Below, piece by piece: positions 49,776 through 60,012 of a stretch of DNA of 64,000 bases. Location: assembly GCA_964408285.1 (NCBI GenBank), contig CAYOYV010000001.1:96001-160000 (forward strand). The letters run 5' to 3'. Within the stretch, counting starts at the first letter, position 1; each line of letters begins with the position of its first letter. The notes beneath the pieces were generated by a model. That model did no database searches. It was not told where the DNA came from and saw only the letters and a program-made list of their open reading frames with translations. Both the position numbers and the translations under genes were made by a program. Source of the stretch: an uncultured Nitrososphaerota archaeon. GTDB lineage: Archaea > Thermoproteota > EX4484-205 > JAAOZO01.

Positions 49776-50306
49776 TTGCTTGTGAGGAAAATAGGAAAGG
49801 GGTATGCCGGGGTCTCAGTTCTCCGCGGATTTCGAGAAGAATGGATCGATCTAATGATGCAAACGAGATCACGGTTTGCCAATGCCTACATTCAAGCGAT
49901 CACAATAGATCGCATCCTTGATGAGAACCACGTTTTCCTTTGCCTCTACAATGTCGTGAGCGCACATGAACACGGCTATGGGAAAATGAAGCGGATAGAC
50001 GCCGAGTTGCTATTGAACATTTCTGGTCTTAACCGATTCGAGGATGCCTTGGCGGAAACCAAACCAAGAGAGGGGAATCCGGCATTCATAGTCTCATATG
50101 CAGACGACCAGACGGCTGCTGTTGGGATTCTGAATTCATTCCTGAGTTCGGCTAGCTCTTGCCAGGAGTGTCCGAGAACGGATTGGGAAAAGCCAGGAAG
50201 CCTTGCAAAATCCAGCGGAATCAAACGAAAGGGAGGGCTCTCCAAGAAAGAGGCGCTAGACGTTCTCGCTGAGTCCTCTGCGATGTTCTATGTTCGGTAC
50301 AGATAG
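49776..50306 (+). CDS. cgi121: KEOPS subunit Cgi121-like
   Basis: IQAI....I....HV...AELLLNISG..RFEDAL pattern. Confidence 0.65.
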   Translation: MLVRKIGKGYAGVSVLRGFREEWIDLMMQTRSRFANAYIQAITIDRILDENHVFLCLYNVVSAHEHGYGKMKRIDAELLLNISGLNRFEDALAETKPREGNPAFIVSYADDQTAAVGILNSFLSSASSCQECPRTDWEKPGSLAKSSGIKRKGGLSKKEALDVLAESSAMFYVRYR

Positions 50307-50795
50307 TGGCAATGCTGGGTCCATAAGGAAATAGTCTCCGAAGAAGAAAAATCCCACTAGAATATTCGGGTTATCCAGGTCCACATTGATGCGAATTCCT
50401 TCTAGGATCTTTGAGATCACGTCCTTTTCGAAATGGCCCGTAAGTCCTATACCTTGGATCGAGATGGCAATCTTTGCATCATCTGCGAGGACATTGAGGT
50501 CGGATCTCAGCTTCTCTATCATTTCCGGCAGCTCGTCGCTCTTTGCGATCATAGAGTAAGCCTTGGCTTTTTTCAGGTATCTGAAGGAATTCTTTCTGGC
50601 CATCATCTCGTCGATGAATCGCCGAACGTCAATACACATAGGGGAATGCAGGGTCAGCAACGCTCTTCCCTCTCCTATGATTCCGAACAGCTCGGCCTTG
50701 ACTGACCTTTCCGAGCAAGCTGCGAACACCTCAAGGAATGCGTCGATTTCGTAATCTCTGTTCGAGGAAACAAGCAGATAATAGTAGGCCGGCAA
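50256..50795 (-). CDS. THUMP-domain protein (Tan1-like)
   Basis: LLVSSNRDYE N-terminus; VDLDNP near the C-terminus. Confidence 0.65.
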   Translation of the reverse strand: MPAYYYLLVSSNRDYEIDAFLEVFAACSERSVKAELFGIIGEGRALLTLHSPMCIDVRRFIDEMMARKNSFRYLKKAKAYSMIAKSDELPEMIEKLRSDLNVLADDAKIAISIQGIGLTGHFEKDVISKILEGIRINVDLDNPNILVGFFFFGDYFLMDPALPLSVPNIEHRRGLSENV

Positions 50796-50863
50796 CTAGC
50801 TATCATAGCCAGCGCCGTCTAAAAGCTTTTTATCTCTAGAGAGCTCTCGGCCACCGAGGAAGG

Positions 50864-51589
50864 TTGAGTACTATAGTAGTCAATGTACTTGATCTGTATA
50901 AGGATTATTTCCTAAGGGGAGGTGTCGTGCACGCACTCAGGGGCATCAATCTCAGCGTATCCAAGGGGGAATACATTTCGATAATGGGCCCAAGCGGATC
51001 TGGAAAGACAACCCTGTTCAATATGATTGGTGGGCTGGACAAGCCCACCAAAGGAGCAATCAGAATAGATGAGGATGATCTTTCCCTGATGGATAGCAGT
51101 CATCTCGCATATGTTAGGAGCAGGAAGATAGGATACATATTTCAGACATTCAACCTGATACCTGTTCTCTCCGCACTCGGAAATGTGACCCTTCCTATGG
51201 TGTTCACAGGTCTTAGCAAAGAGGAGAGGGAGAAAAGAGGAGCGGAACTTCTGAAGATGGTCGGTTTGGCAGACAGAATGGGCCATAGGCCTAGTGAACT
51301 GAGCGGAGGCCAACAGCAAAGGACCGCCATCGCTAGATCCTTGGCAAATGATCCCTCAATTATCTTGGCAGATGAGCCCACAGGTAATCTTGATCTTTCA
51401 ACTGGGTTGCAGATTGTCCAGCTCCTATATAGGTTGAAGGTAGAAAGGAACACGACCGTCATCTGTGCGACCCACGATCTGAAAATGGTGGACGTAAGTG
51501 ATAGACTCGCCTGGATCAGGGACGGGGAGATAGAAAGGATAGAGGAAAGGTCATCCGTAACTTTGACGGCCGAAGAGCTGACTACATAG
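50864..51589 (+). CDS. ABC ATPase, LolD/FtsE/MacB type, no adjacent permease
   Basis: GPSGSGKT, FQTFNL, LSGGQQQR, LADEPTGNLD and ATH motifs. Confidence 0.93.
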   Translation: MSTIVVNVLDLYKDYFLRGGVVHALRGINLSVSKGEYISIMGPSGSGKTTLFNMIGGLDKPTKGAIRIDEDDLSLMDSSHLAYVRSRKIGYIFQTFNLIPVLSALGNVTLPMVFTGLSKEEREKRGAELLKMVGLADRMGHRPSELSGGQQQRTAIARSLANDPSIILADEPTGNLDLSTGLQIVQLLYRLKVERNTTVICATHDLKMVDVSDRLAWIRDGEIERIEERSSVTLTAEELTT

Positions 51590-51634
51590 CTACTTCAGAT
51601 TCCGAGACCGCTTTAGAGGACAGACTACAGTCTG

Positions 51635-53413
51635 GTGGGCGGCTTGAACAGGATTGCAGTAATCGACCGGGACTCATGCAGGGCAAAGGATTGCGGACAT
51701 CCTTGCAGAAAGAGCTGTCCGGTTGTCAGAACTGGCAATGAAGCGATTTACTTCCTCGATGACAATCAACCACCTGTAATAGACGAAAGGGTGTGCATAG
51801 GTTGTGGGATATGCGTGAAGAGGTGCCCCTTTGAGGCAATAGAAGTTGTCAATCTTCCAGAGGAATTGCAGATAGATGCATTTCATCGATACGCGGCCAA
51901 CGCATTCGAGCTATTCAGATTCCCCGAGATAAGACCGAACGAGATAACAGCGATAATAGGAGAGAACGCCACAGGAAAATCGACGATATTGAGGATACTC
52001 GCAGGTCAGATAAGGCCGAATTTGGGGAATCCCGATTCGAGCCCTGAAAAAGAGGACATACTAGATAGGCTGAGGGGTACGACAACATCCTCACTTCTGG
52101 GGAGGATCCTTGAGGGAAAGGAGAAAATCGTGTACAAGCCCCAATATGTTGATGAGATCCCGAATGTTGTCATGGGATCGGTATCAAACATCCTGCTCAG
52201 ATTCGGCAGCGAGGACCAAGTCGCAGATGTAATACGGTCTTTGGATCTCGGTGGAATAAGAGATCGGCAGGTAAAAATGCTGAGTGGAGGAGAACTGCAG
52301 AGATTCGCCATTGCGGCTGCATTGATGAGGGACGGAGATACGTTCATTATAGATGAGCCATCAAGCTATCTCGACGTAGCCCAAAGGATATCAGTGGCTA
52401 GAGTCCTTCGAGAACTGAAGGACAAAGGCAAGACGGTGGTCGTGGTCGAACACGATCTGGGTCTGCTCGACTATCTTTCAGACTACGTCTGCGTTCTGTA
52501 TGGGGAACCAGGTGTTTTCGGGATTGTCTCGAAACTGATGGCTTCGCGGATCGGGGTGAACTCGTACCTTGAGGGACGCCTGAAGGCAGACAACGTAAGG
52601 ATAAGGAGTCAACCGATAACCTTCTCAGTAAGGCCACCACCATCTGACAAAGAAGCGACTGAATCTCTCAGATGGCAGAATTCCAAGGTCTCGCTGGATG
52701 GATTCGAGCTTCGGATAGATGCTGGCAGTGTGTCCAGAGCCCAGGTCGTCGGAGTGGTGGGTTCGAATGGCATAGGCAAAAGCACATTCATAAGGAAGAT
52801 AATCACTGATTACTTCGGAGAGGACAATTCTGGCGTAAGCTACAAGCCCCAATATCTATCGGGCAAATTCAGCGGCTTGGTCTCCTCTGTTATCCATCAA
52901 GCTATCGGTGGGCCGGATATTCCCTCATGGATAGAAACTGAGCTGATCAGGCCATTGAGGCTTCACAAGATAATGGAGCGGGATGTGGAGACGTTAAGCG
53001 GGGGCGAGCTGCAGTCACTGGCTGTGGCCTCATGTCTCTCAAGAGATTCGCAATTTCTCTTCTTGGACGAACCTTGTTCGTATCTTGACATAGAACAGAG
53101 GATGTCGGCTCAAAGGGCAATAAGAAGAATCACAGAGGCAAGGGCGACCACAACATTTGTGGTTGAACACGACATCCTCTTCGTTGATTTCGTTTCCGAC
53201 AGACTCATCGTAGTAGATGGCGAGCCCGGGAAGAAGGGGCATGTACATCAGCCATCGAGCATGAGAAAGGGTATGAACCAAGTTCTCTCCGGACTTTCGA
53301 TAACCTTCAGGAGGGATGTTGACACAGTCAGGCCGAGGATAAACAAGCTTGGTTCGAGAGCTGACATCGAACAGAAGGCAGCCGGAGAGTACTACTACTC
53401 AGATAGCAGTTGA
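51635..53413 (+). CDS. rli: Ribosome recycling ATPase ABCE1/RLI1
   Basis: N-terminal Fe-S motif CIGCGICVKRCPF; two ABC domains (LSGGELQ twice); RPRINK..S. Confidence 0.95.
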   Translation: MGGLNRIAVIDRDSCRAKDCGHPCRKSCPVVRTGNEAIYFLDDNQPPVIDERVCIGCGICVKRCPFEAIEVVNLPEELQIDAFHRYAANAFELFRFPEIRPNEITAIIGENATGKSTILRILAGQIRPNLGNPDSSPEKEDILDRLRGTTTSSLLGRILEGKEKIVYKPQYVDEIPNVVMGSVSNILLRFGSEDQVADVIRSLDLGGIRDRQVKMLSGGELQRFAIAAALMRDGDTFIIDEPSSYLDVAQRISVARVLRELKDKGKTVVVVEHDLGLLDYLSDYVCVLYGEPGVFGIVSKLMASRIGVNSYLEGRLKADNVRIRSQPITFSVRPPPSDKEATESLRWQNSKVSLDGFELRIDAGSVSRAQVVGVVGSNGIGKSTFIRKIITDYFGEDNSGVSYKPQYLSGKFSGLVSSVIHQAIGGPDIPSWIETELIRPLRLHKIMERDVETLSGGELQSLAVASCLSRDSQFLFLDEPCSYLDIEQRMSAQRAIRRITEARATTTFVVEHDILFVDFVSDRLIVVDGEPGKKGHVHQPSSMRKGMNQVLSGLSITFRRDVDTVRPRINKLGSRADIEQKAAGEYYYSDSS

Positions 53414-53507
53414 TTCGACATATTGTGCCCTCCTCCACGACAATATCGGAATGCAGCCTACGCCGTTCAGAAAAATATTTGAACTCAGAATCCCAACGGA
53501 ATGCCGT

Positions 53508-54188
53508 ATGAAGACGCCGGTTATTGTCATCAATTTCAAGGCCTATTCCGAATCCTTGGGCATGCATGCGATCAGGTTGGCCAGAATGGCCGAGGACATA
53601 TCAAAGGAGACCGGGGTAAACTTCTGCGTTGCACCTCAATGGGTCGATCTCCGATCTGTGGCGAGCCAAGTGCAGATCCCAGTATTTGCGCAAGCAGTCG
53701 ATTCAGCCGTATCGGGATCGTTCACGGGATCAAACACAATTGAGGCGGCAAAGGATGCACTCGCCGATGGCATGCTGGTCAATCACTCCGAGAGAAGGAT
53801 CACCCTTTCTCTTATGAGCGAGATCGTATCGGCGGCGAAGACGTCAGGTCTCGTCTCCATCGTGTGCGCTGACACACCGGAGGCAACGGCTGCTGCGTGT
53901 GCGCTGAATCCGGATTTTGTGGCGATAGAGCCTCCCGAGCTGATAGGGACGGGGATACCAGTCTCAAAGGCAAAGCCGGAAGTAGTTACCAAAGCCATTG
54001 AGAAGGTGAAGTCATTGAACTCCCTGTCGAAGGTCATATGCGGAGCTGGGATCTCAACTGAAGAGGATGTCGCTGCGGCACTCAGGCTTGGAACCGTTGG
54101 TGTTCTTTTGGCAAGCGGTGTGGTGAGGGCAAAGGATCCTCAATCGGTTATGCTAAGAATGGCAATCGCTACCGGTGCCAAGGAGTAG
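53508..54188 (+). CDS. tpiA: Triosephosphate isomerase (archaeal type)
   Basis: INFKAY, NHSE, EPPELIG, CGAGI and LLASG motifs. Confidence 0.95.
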   Translation: MKTPVIVINFKAYSESLGMHAIRLARMAEDISKETGVNFCVAPQWVDLRSVASQVQIPVFAQAVDSAVSGSFTGSNTIEAAKDALADGMLVNHSERRITLSLMSEIVSAAKTSGLVSIVCADTPEATAAACALNPDFVAIEPPELIGTGIPVSKAKPEVVTKAIEKVKSLNSLSKVICGAGISTEEDVAAALRLGTVGVLLASGVVRAKDPQSVMLRMAIATGAKE

Positions 54189-54227
54189 CCTCCTCAAGCT
54201 CCCATGCTGAATTGGTCTAGAAAATCA

Positions 54228-54267
54228 CGGGCCCGAGGGGATTTGAACGCCTGATCTTGGGCTTCGG
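54228..54267 (-). other. Orphan tRNA 3' half (probably Arg)
   Basis: CCG AA GCCCA AGATC AGGCG TTCAAAT CCCCT CGGGCCC G; no matching 5' half nearby; one T-stem mismatch. Confidence 0.7.
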
Positions 54268-54533
54268 TTACTTAGTGCGCACACACAGCTGACCATTGTG
54301 AACGATGTCACAAATGTATCCCAAATCATAACAGAAGCCTGATTCTCATTCTGTTCAACGGCTAGTTCGCCAGGAAAAGAGACCCTCGGGATCGAATCAT
54401 TGCTATCATTGGCTTTGCCAGATCGACTTGCCCTCAAAATGCGTGCCATAGATTGACGACTTGAACTACATGGCGAGAAAGCATTTATAATTGATGTGGT
54501 CGACGCTCTTTTCAGAAATTCTCTCAATAACGT

Positions 54534-54624
54534 GGGCCCGTGGTCTAGCAGGAGAAGACGCCGGCCTCCGGACAATCGCGAAGATAGCCGGACAGCCTGG
54601 GTTCGAATCCCAGCGGGCTCGCCA
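54534..54624 (+). tRNA. tRNA-Arg(CCG) with 14-nt 37/38 intron (54572-54585), followed by CCA
   Basis: Acceptor GGGCCCG/CGGGCTC-G; CCGGC CT-CCG-G|A GCCGG; CTGGG TTCGAAT CCCAG. Confidence 0.93.
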
Positions 54625-55028
54625 TGTTCTACGATGCTGGTTGCATGGATTTCAGGGCGAAGTTTGAAGTAAGAGACATGGCTGATGATGAGTTACTGAG
54701 GGCGATCGAGAAAAGGTTCAGAGCGTACAGCGCGATAAGTCGCAAGCTTCTGGATTGGTGGGGCCCAAGATTCGTAAATTCCCTTGAGAGACAGGCGTTC
54801 ATCGATAAAGGCGTTCGTGTACCCGAGCTGATTGGTCGCTAACGAAGAAAAGGCCTCTTGGTCCTACATTGGCCTCCGACCAGTCGGAAACCGGAGTACG
54901 ATGCAAAGACAACGGCAGATGTCAGGGAGTATTTGGAAAACAACTGGGCTGAAGTCTTTGCTCCGGAAGGAAGACTGAAACTAGCGAACCGAGAAATAGT
55001 TCTGGTGAAGCCAAAGAGGAAGACATGA
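54624..55028 (+). pseudogene. Unknown gene interrupted by an in-frame TAA
   Basis: PELIGR*RRKGLLVLHW...KPKRKT* continues in the same frame past 54840-54842. Confidence 0.45.
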
Positions 55029-55109
55029 ATAGCGTTCAACTTCAATAGGCGCGGTTCTTTCCGCTGAACTCGCCGATAGCCCACATCTCGGTGATCTACA
55101 AACGCATTA

Positions 55110-57026
55110 TCACATTCGCTCAAGTGGAGGCACCCCAAGAAGCTCTAGTACTGTCCCAAAGACCCAAGAGAATCCCTCAACCAGGGCAAGACGGCATGAT
55201 CTGAGCTCCTCAGTCTCCGCAGTGAGGACTGGACATCTCTCATAGAATATGTTGAATCTGTCTGCTAACGCCCTCGCATAGTGGGCAAGAACCTTAGGCT
55301 GCAGATCTCTTGCTGCAGCATCTACAAAGTAGGAGAGTTTCGAGAGCTGTGCTATAAGATCCCACTCTGGTTCAGACCATTGCAGATCCGTTTTCGTCTG
55401 TGTCCTTCGGAACGGCCGTGCCTTCTCCAATATTCCGTGGGCTCTTGCATAAGTGTATTGAAGACGCGACCCTGTGTCTCCTTCCAGATTCAGGGATTCC
55501 TCAACATCGAACACAACAAGGCTTTTCAGGTCCAGTTTCACCAGAGCGTACCTCAGGGATCCGATTGCGATCTCGTTGGCGATAGTCTCAAGCCATTCCT
55601 CCCTCGCATCAGGATTCCTTTTCTTGCTTTCGTCGCGCGCCCTTCTGCTCAATTCGTCTAGGATATCTTCAGCATTCACAACCAGGCCTTTTCTTCCAGA
55701 CATGTGGACGACCTTTCTTTGGAGGAATGCTTTCTCCCCGGTCAGCGAGGTGGCTGTCCTGCCTGATATGGCGACCACTTCATACAGATAAGGTAGATAC
55801 TTGCGTGCAGACTCCTCGCTGAGGAATCCAAGGGCGGCTCTCACGACCCTCTGAGGGTAGTCTTGCCTTGCGTCTACGATCGTAATGGCAAGTTCAGCCA
55901 TGGAATACTGCCTTTCCGATTTCCCTCCCCTCGAGCTATCTGTAGTCCAGAGAGTCTTGCCATTGGGCTGATCAATGAAGGTCCTGTACTTGAAATCCGT
56001 TCCCGGTCTGCCAACCTTCCACCAGGCATACGCGATATCCTTTCCCGGATACGTCGCCGTCGAATCAGAACGCATGATTACTTCATCCGGTTGCTCTAGG
56101 TGGGCGAATTCATCAATATCTGAGAGTCTCAACAGAAGTGCTCCGGCATTTCTTGGCTCCACTCCGATGTACGCCCTTCCTTTCTGCCTCAGCATCCCTA
56201 TGACTTGGTCAAGGAGCCCTGATCTCACAACATCGCTTTCCCAATTCAGCAAATCGAAAAAAGCGCCGAGTCTCCAGCAGGTTCGTAATTGATTGACCAT
56301 CACCTTTTCAGAGAAATCCCGGGCAAACGCTGAGACTTCGTTTCCTCCTCTTTCGATCTCGCTTATGATCTTGCTTCTCTTCTTCTTTAGATCTTCGTCA
56401 AGCTCTATCTTCGAGTGGATATGCGAGTAGACTCTTCCGGCGTAGTAATCGAATCTCTCTCCGCTTGATTCCAATGGATATCCGAGATGCAGGTGGGCGA
56501 CCAGATTGTCAGCGACTTGAGCGCCGCTGTCATCAATGTAATTAAGAACAATGGTTTCGTTCCCCACGAATCTGAGGATCCTCTGCAGGCAATCTCCAAG
56601 AATGGTATTCCTGATCGTGCCGATGTGGAGAGGCTTGTTCGGGTTTGAATTCGTGTGTTCAATGAGTATTCTCCTCGAAACTTCCATAGGTGGCTTTCCA
56701 TAGTTGCTCTTCCTTGTGTTTATCTCCTGAAGAACAAGTTCCGACCATTTTGCCTGGTCAAGCCTGAAATTGATGTATCCATCCTTCGCCTCAATCGATT
56801 TGAAGATGCCTTCTTCTGGCCTTTCGATGTTCGCCACGATGCGCTCCGCTAGCGTATCTGCATCTTCCCCAAGCATGTTTGCCATCTCATGAGCGATGGG
56901 TGAAGAAATGTCGCCGTACATTGGATCGGAGGACTCCCTAACGATTGGCTCGGCCCGCAACTGGCATTTGCTAAGGGAGTTCTGGAGTTGCTCTCTTGCA
57001 GATCTTGCGGCTTCTATAAAAGACAA
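55110..57026 (-). CDS. argS: Arginyl-tRNA synthetase
   Basis: EHTNSNPNKPLHIGT.RN, MSGRKG and LQYTYAR motifs. Confidence 0.96.
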   Translation of the reverse strand: MSFIEAARSAREQLQNSLSKCQLRAEPIVRESSDPMYGDISSPIAHEMANMLGEDADTLAERIVANIERPEEGIFKSIEAKDGYINFRLDQAKWSELVLQEINTRKSNYGKPPMEVSRRILIEHTNSNPNKPLHIGTIRNTILGDCLQRILRFVGNETIVLNYIDDSGAQVADNLVAHLHLGYPLESSGERFDYYAGRVYSHIHSKIELDEDLKKKRSKIISEIERGGNEVSAFARDFSEKVMVNQLRTCWRLGAFFDLLNWESDVVRSGLLDQVIGMLRQKGRAYIGVEPRNAGALLLRLSDIDEFAHLEQPDEVIMRSDSTATYPGKDIAYAWWKVGRPGTDFKYRTFIDQPNGKTLWTTDSSRGGKSERQYSMAELAITIVDARQDYPQRVVRAALGFLSEESARKYLPYLYEVVAISGRTATSLTGEKAFLQRKVVHMSGRKGLVVNAEDILDELSRRARDESKKRNPDAREEWLETIANEIAIGSLRYALVKLDLKSLVVFDVEESLNLEGDTGSRLQYTYARAHGILEKARPFRRTQTKTDLQWSEPEWDLIAQLSKLSYFVDAAARDLQPKVLAHYARALADRFNIFYERCPVLTAETEELRSCRLALVEGFSWVFGTVLELLGVPPLERM

Positions 57027-57189
57027 ATCCCCGATTGGGGTTACTGAAGAGGGGATTAAAGATTATGGCTATTTGCGAGCTAGGGAGTTCGCGATTGAGG
57101 GGGATTCCTCGATAAGGAATCAGGACCTCCTTGGGCCCAGGCAAGCCGGTCTTAGGGGGTGGCCTCTCAATTCCGAACTGTTTCTCTGA

Positions 57190-60012
57190 CTACACTCTCC
57201 GTCTTCTGCCGGCGATGAATTTGCCTATCTCTAGCAAGCCGAATACTATAGCGGTGGATAGCATCGCATATGCCCAATCAATGGGCTCAGGTGAAGTGAC
57301 TCCGAATATTCCCTGGATCCCCGGGGTGTAGAGGACAAGCATTTGAAGGCCGAATGACGCAAGTATCGCGTACCATAGGAACCTGTTCTTGAACAGTCCT
57401 ACGTTGATGACTGGATATTGCAGCGATCTAGCCGAAATCGCGTTTGCCAATTCCATTAAGATCATCGCTGTAAGCAATTGCGTTCGTGCTTCGGTCAGTT
57501 GGGCTTTTCCTAGCCATGGCTGATACATGAAATAGCCAGAGAGCAAAAGAGCACTCATGATGAGGGGGACAATGGTCAAATAAAGCTTGACATCAGTTGT
57601 CCACACGCTTTCATTAGGGTCTCTAGGCTTCTTCTCCATCAGATCAGGATCCCCAGGGTCTACCCCTAGGGCCAACGCAGGCAAACCATCCGTGGTTAGG
57701 TTGACCCATAGAAGCTGTATTGCCGTGAGAGCTACAACTGAATCTGCCTCAATCTGATGTGTACCTGCCAAATACGGAACACCTAGCATCGCGACGAACA
57801 TCACGATGATTTCCGTGACGTTGCAGCGCAGTAGATAGGTCAGATATTTCTTGATGTTGCCGTATATTTCTCGGCCTTCCTTGACGGCCTTTACGATTGA
57901 AGCGAAGTTGTCATCGGTTAGAACCATGTCTGATGCTTCTTTGGCGACTTCTGTTCCTGTCACTCCCATAGCAACGCCTATGTCGGCTAGCTTGAGGGCT
58001 GGTGCGTCATTGACTCCATCACCTGTCATGGCAGCAACATGCCCTTTGGCTTTCCAAGCCTCAACGATTCTGACCTTGTGGTTCGGCGAAACCCTGGCGT
58101 AGATCGCGATCTTCTCAACCCTTTCGCCCAATTCTTCGTCGCTCATCTTGTCCAGTTCGGTTCCTGTAAGTACCATGCCTTCCGTTTCATTATCGCCTAG
58201 CAGGTTGAGTTCCCTAGCCACTGCGGCGGCCGTGAGTCTATGGTCGCCTGTGACCATCACAACCTTTATTCCGGCTTTCCTGCAGAGGTAAATGGCTTCC
58301 TTGACTTCTTCGCGTGGGGGATCGATCATTCCCACCATGCCCACGAAAATCATGTCTTTCTCGACTTCTTCGTCGAATGCTGCCATGGATTCCGGCAGTT
58401 CCCTAAACGCGAAACCCAAGTTCCTCAGCGCTTGCAGTGCCATTGCTTCGTTCACTCTCAGCAATTCCATTCTGTCTTCTTCGACCATTTCTCGGATCTC
58501 GCCATTTGAATAGAGCTTTGTGCATCTGTTGAGGACTATTTCAGGAGCGCCCTTCATGAAGGCTATTTTCTTTCTGCCTGAAACTAGATGAATCGTCGTC
58601 ATGCATTTCCTTTCCGATGAGAATGGTATCTCGCCTATTCTTGGCGCGTCCGCCTCTAATTCCTCCTTCCATAGTCCTGCCTTGGCTGCAGCAACGATTA
58701 GGGCTCCTTCAGTCGGATCGCCCTTGACTATCCATCGTTCGGTTTCGGTTTCCTTTTCGAGTTTTGCATCAGTGCACAAGGCAGCGACTCTCAGAAGTGT
58801 TCGAGGAGATCCATCCTTCTCGTCGATTTTCTTGCCTCCCAAGAAGAAATCTCCTTCAGGTTCGTAACCGACTCCTGAAATCCTGATTATTTGGCGATTG
58901 AAGTAGACTCTTTGAACGGTCATCTCACCTTTAGTCATTGTGCCTGTCTTGTCGGAGCATATGACGCTCGTGCACCCTAGGGTCTCAACAGCTGGGAGTC
59001 TCCTGACAATTGTGTTCACCTTGGCCATACGGTACATGCCAACGGAAAGCGCCCCTGTCACAATGGCAGGCAGGGCCTCTGGAACAGCTGCAACTGCCAA
59101 GCTTATTCCCCACATAACCATGCTGAGAATATTGCGCCCTTCGATGATCCCAATTACGGCCACAACTAGACAGACACCAATTGACAGCATGCCGATCCAT
59201 TTGCCAACAGATTCCATTCTCTTCTCGAGGGGGGTCTGTTCTTCTTCTGTGACCTGAACCATCCGAGCTATCTTGCCGAACTCGGTGTTCATTCCCGTAG
59301 AAATCGCGATCGCTTTTCCACGTCCGTAAACAACAACAGTTCCAGTGAAAAGCATGTTTTGCCTATCACTTAGGGCCGTTTCTTCTGGCACTGCAACTAT
59401 GTTCTTGCTAACTGGGGCGGATTCACCCGTCAAGGAAGCTTCATCTGTCTTCAGGTTGAATGCTTCGATGAGTCGGGCGTCAGCCGCAACTTTGTCGCCA
59501 GTGTATAGTAGCATGACATCGCCCGGGACGATCTCCCTTGTCTGAATCTTGACTTCTTTTCCGTCACGCAGAACCATCGCAGAGGGAGAGGTCATTTTTC
59601 TCAGGGCATCGATGGCTTTCTCGGATCGGTACTCCTCGACGAAACCCAGAACAGCACAAGCCAAGACTATGGCAAAGATTACAATTGCGCCATAGATCTC
59701 TTCTGTTGTTCCCTGATAGATAGCGCTGCCTATGGAAAGAAACATCGCAATCAATAGTATTATGATGAGTATGTTGGAGAATTGCTCAAGAAATATCCTT
59801 ACTGGTGATATCCCCTTTTCCTTCTGCAATTCGTTGGGTCCATATTGCTGAAGGCGCTTCAGAACCTCGCTCTGGGTTAGGCCAGCTTTCGTAGCATCCA
59901 GAGCCTCAAGGGTTGCTTGGATTTCCATTGCATGCCAAGCCCTTGCTGCAGTGCTCTCGCGATTCTCATTCGCCTTTTGTTCATCTCTCTCGGCAGATCG
60001 CGTCGTAGCCAT
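57190..60012 (-). CDS. P-type ATPase, type IIA (Ca2+-like)
   Basis: TGES, PEALP, DKTGT, KGAPE, TGD, GDGVND and LWVNL.TDG.PA motifs. Confidence 0.95.
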   Translation of the reverse strand: MATTRSAERDEQKANENRESTAARAWHAMEIQATLEALDATKAGLTQSEVLKRLQQYGPNELQKEKGISPVRIFLEQFSNILIIILLIAMFLSIGSAIYQGTTEEIYGAIVIFAIVLACAVLGFVEEYRSEKAIDALRKMTSPSAMVLRDGKEVKIQTREIVPGDVMLLYTGDKVAADARLIEAFNLKTDEASLTGESAPVSKNIVAVPEETALSDRQNMLFTGTVVVYGRGKAIAISTGMNTEFGKIARMVQVTEEEQTPLEKRMESVGKWIGMLSIGVCLVVAVIGIIEGRNILSMVMWGISLAVAAVPEALPAIVTGALSVGMYRMAKVNTIVRRLPAVETLGCTSVICSDKTGTMTKGEMTVQRVYFNRQIIRISGVGYEPEGDFFLGGKKIDEKDGSPRTLLRVAALCTDAKLEKETETERWIVKGDPTEGALIVAAAKAGLWKEELEADAPRIGEIPFSSERKCMTTIHLVSGRKKIAFMKGAPEIVLNRCTKLYSNGEIREMVEEDRMELLRVNEAMALQALRNLGFAFRELPESMAAFDEEVEKDMIFVGMVGMIDPPREEVKEAIYLCRKAGIKVVMVTGDHRLTAAAVARELNLLGDNETEGMVLTGTELDKMSDEELGERVEKIAIYARVSPNHKVRIVEAWKAKGHVAAMTGDGVNDAPALKLADIGVAMGVTGTEVAKEASDMVLTDDNFASIVKAVKEGREIYGNIKKYLTYLLRCNVTEIIVMFVAMLGVPYLAGTHQIEADSVVALTAIQLLWVNLTTDGLPALALGVDPGDPDLMEKKPRDPNESVWTTDVKLYLTIVPLIMSALLLSGYFMYQPWLGKAQLTEARTQLLTAMILMELANAISARSLQYPVINVGLFKNRFLWYAILASFGLQMLVLYTPGIQGIFGVTSPEPIDWAYAMLSTAIVFGLLEIGKFIAGRRRRV

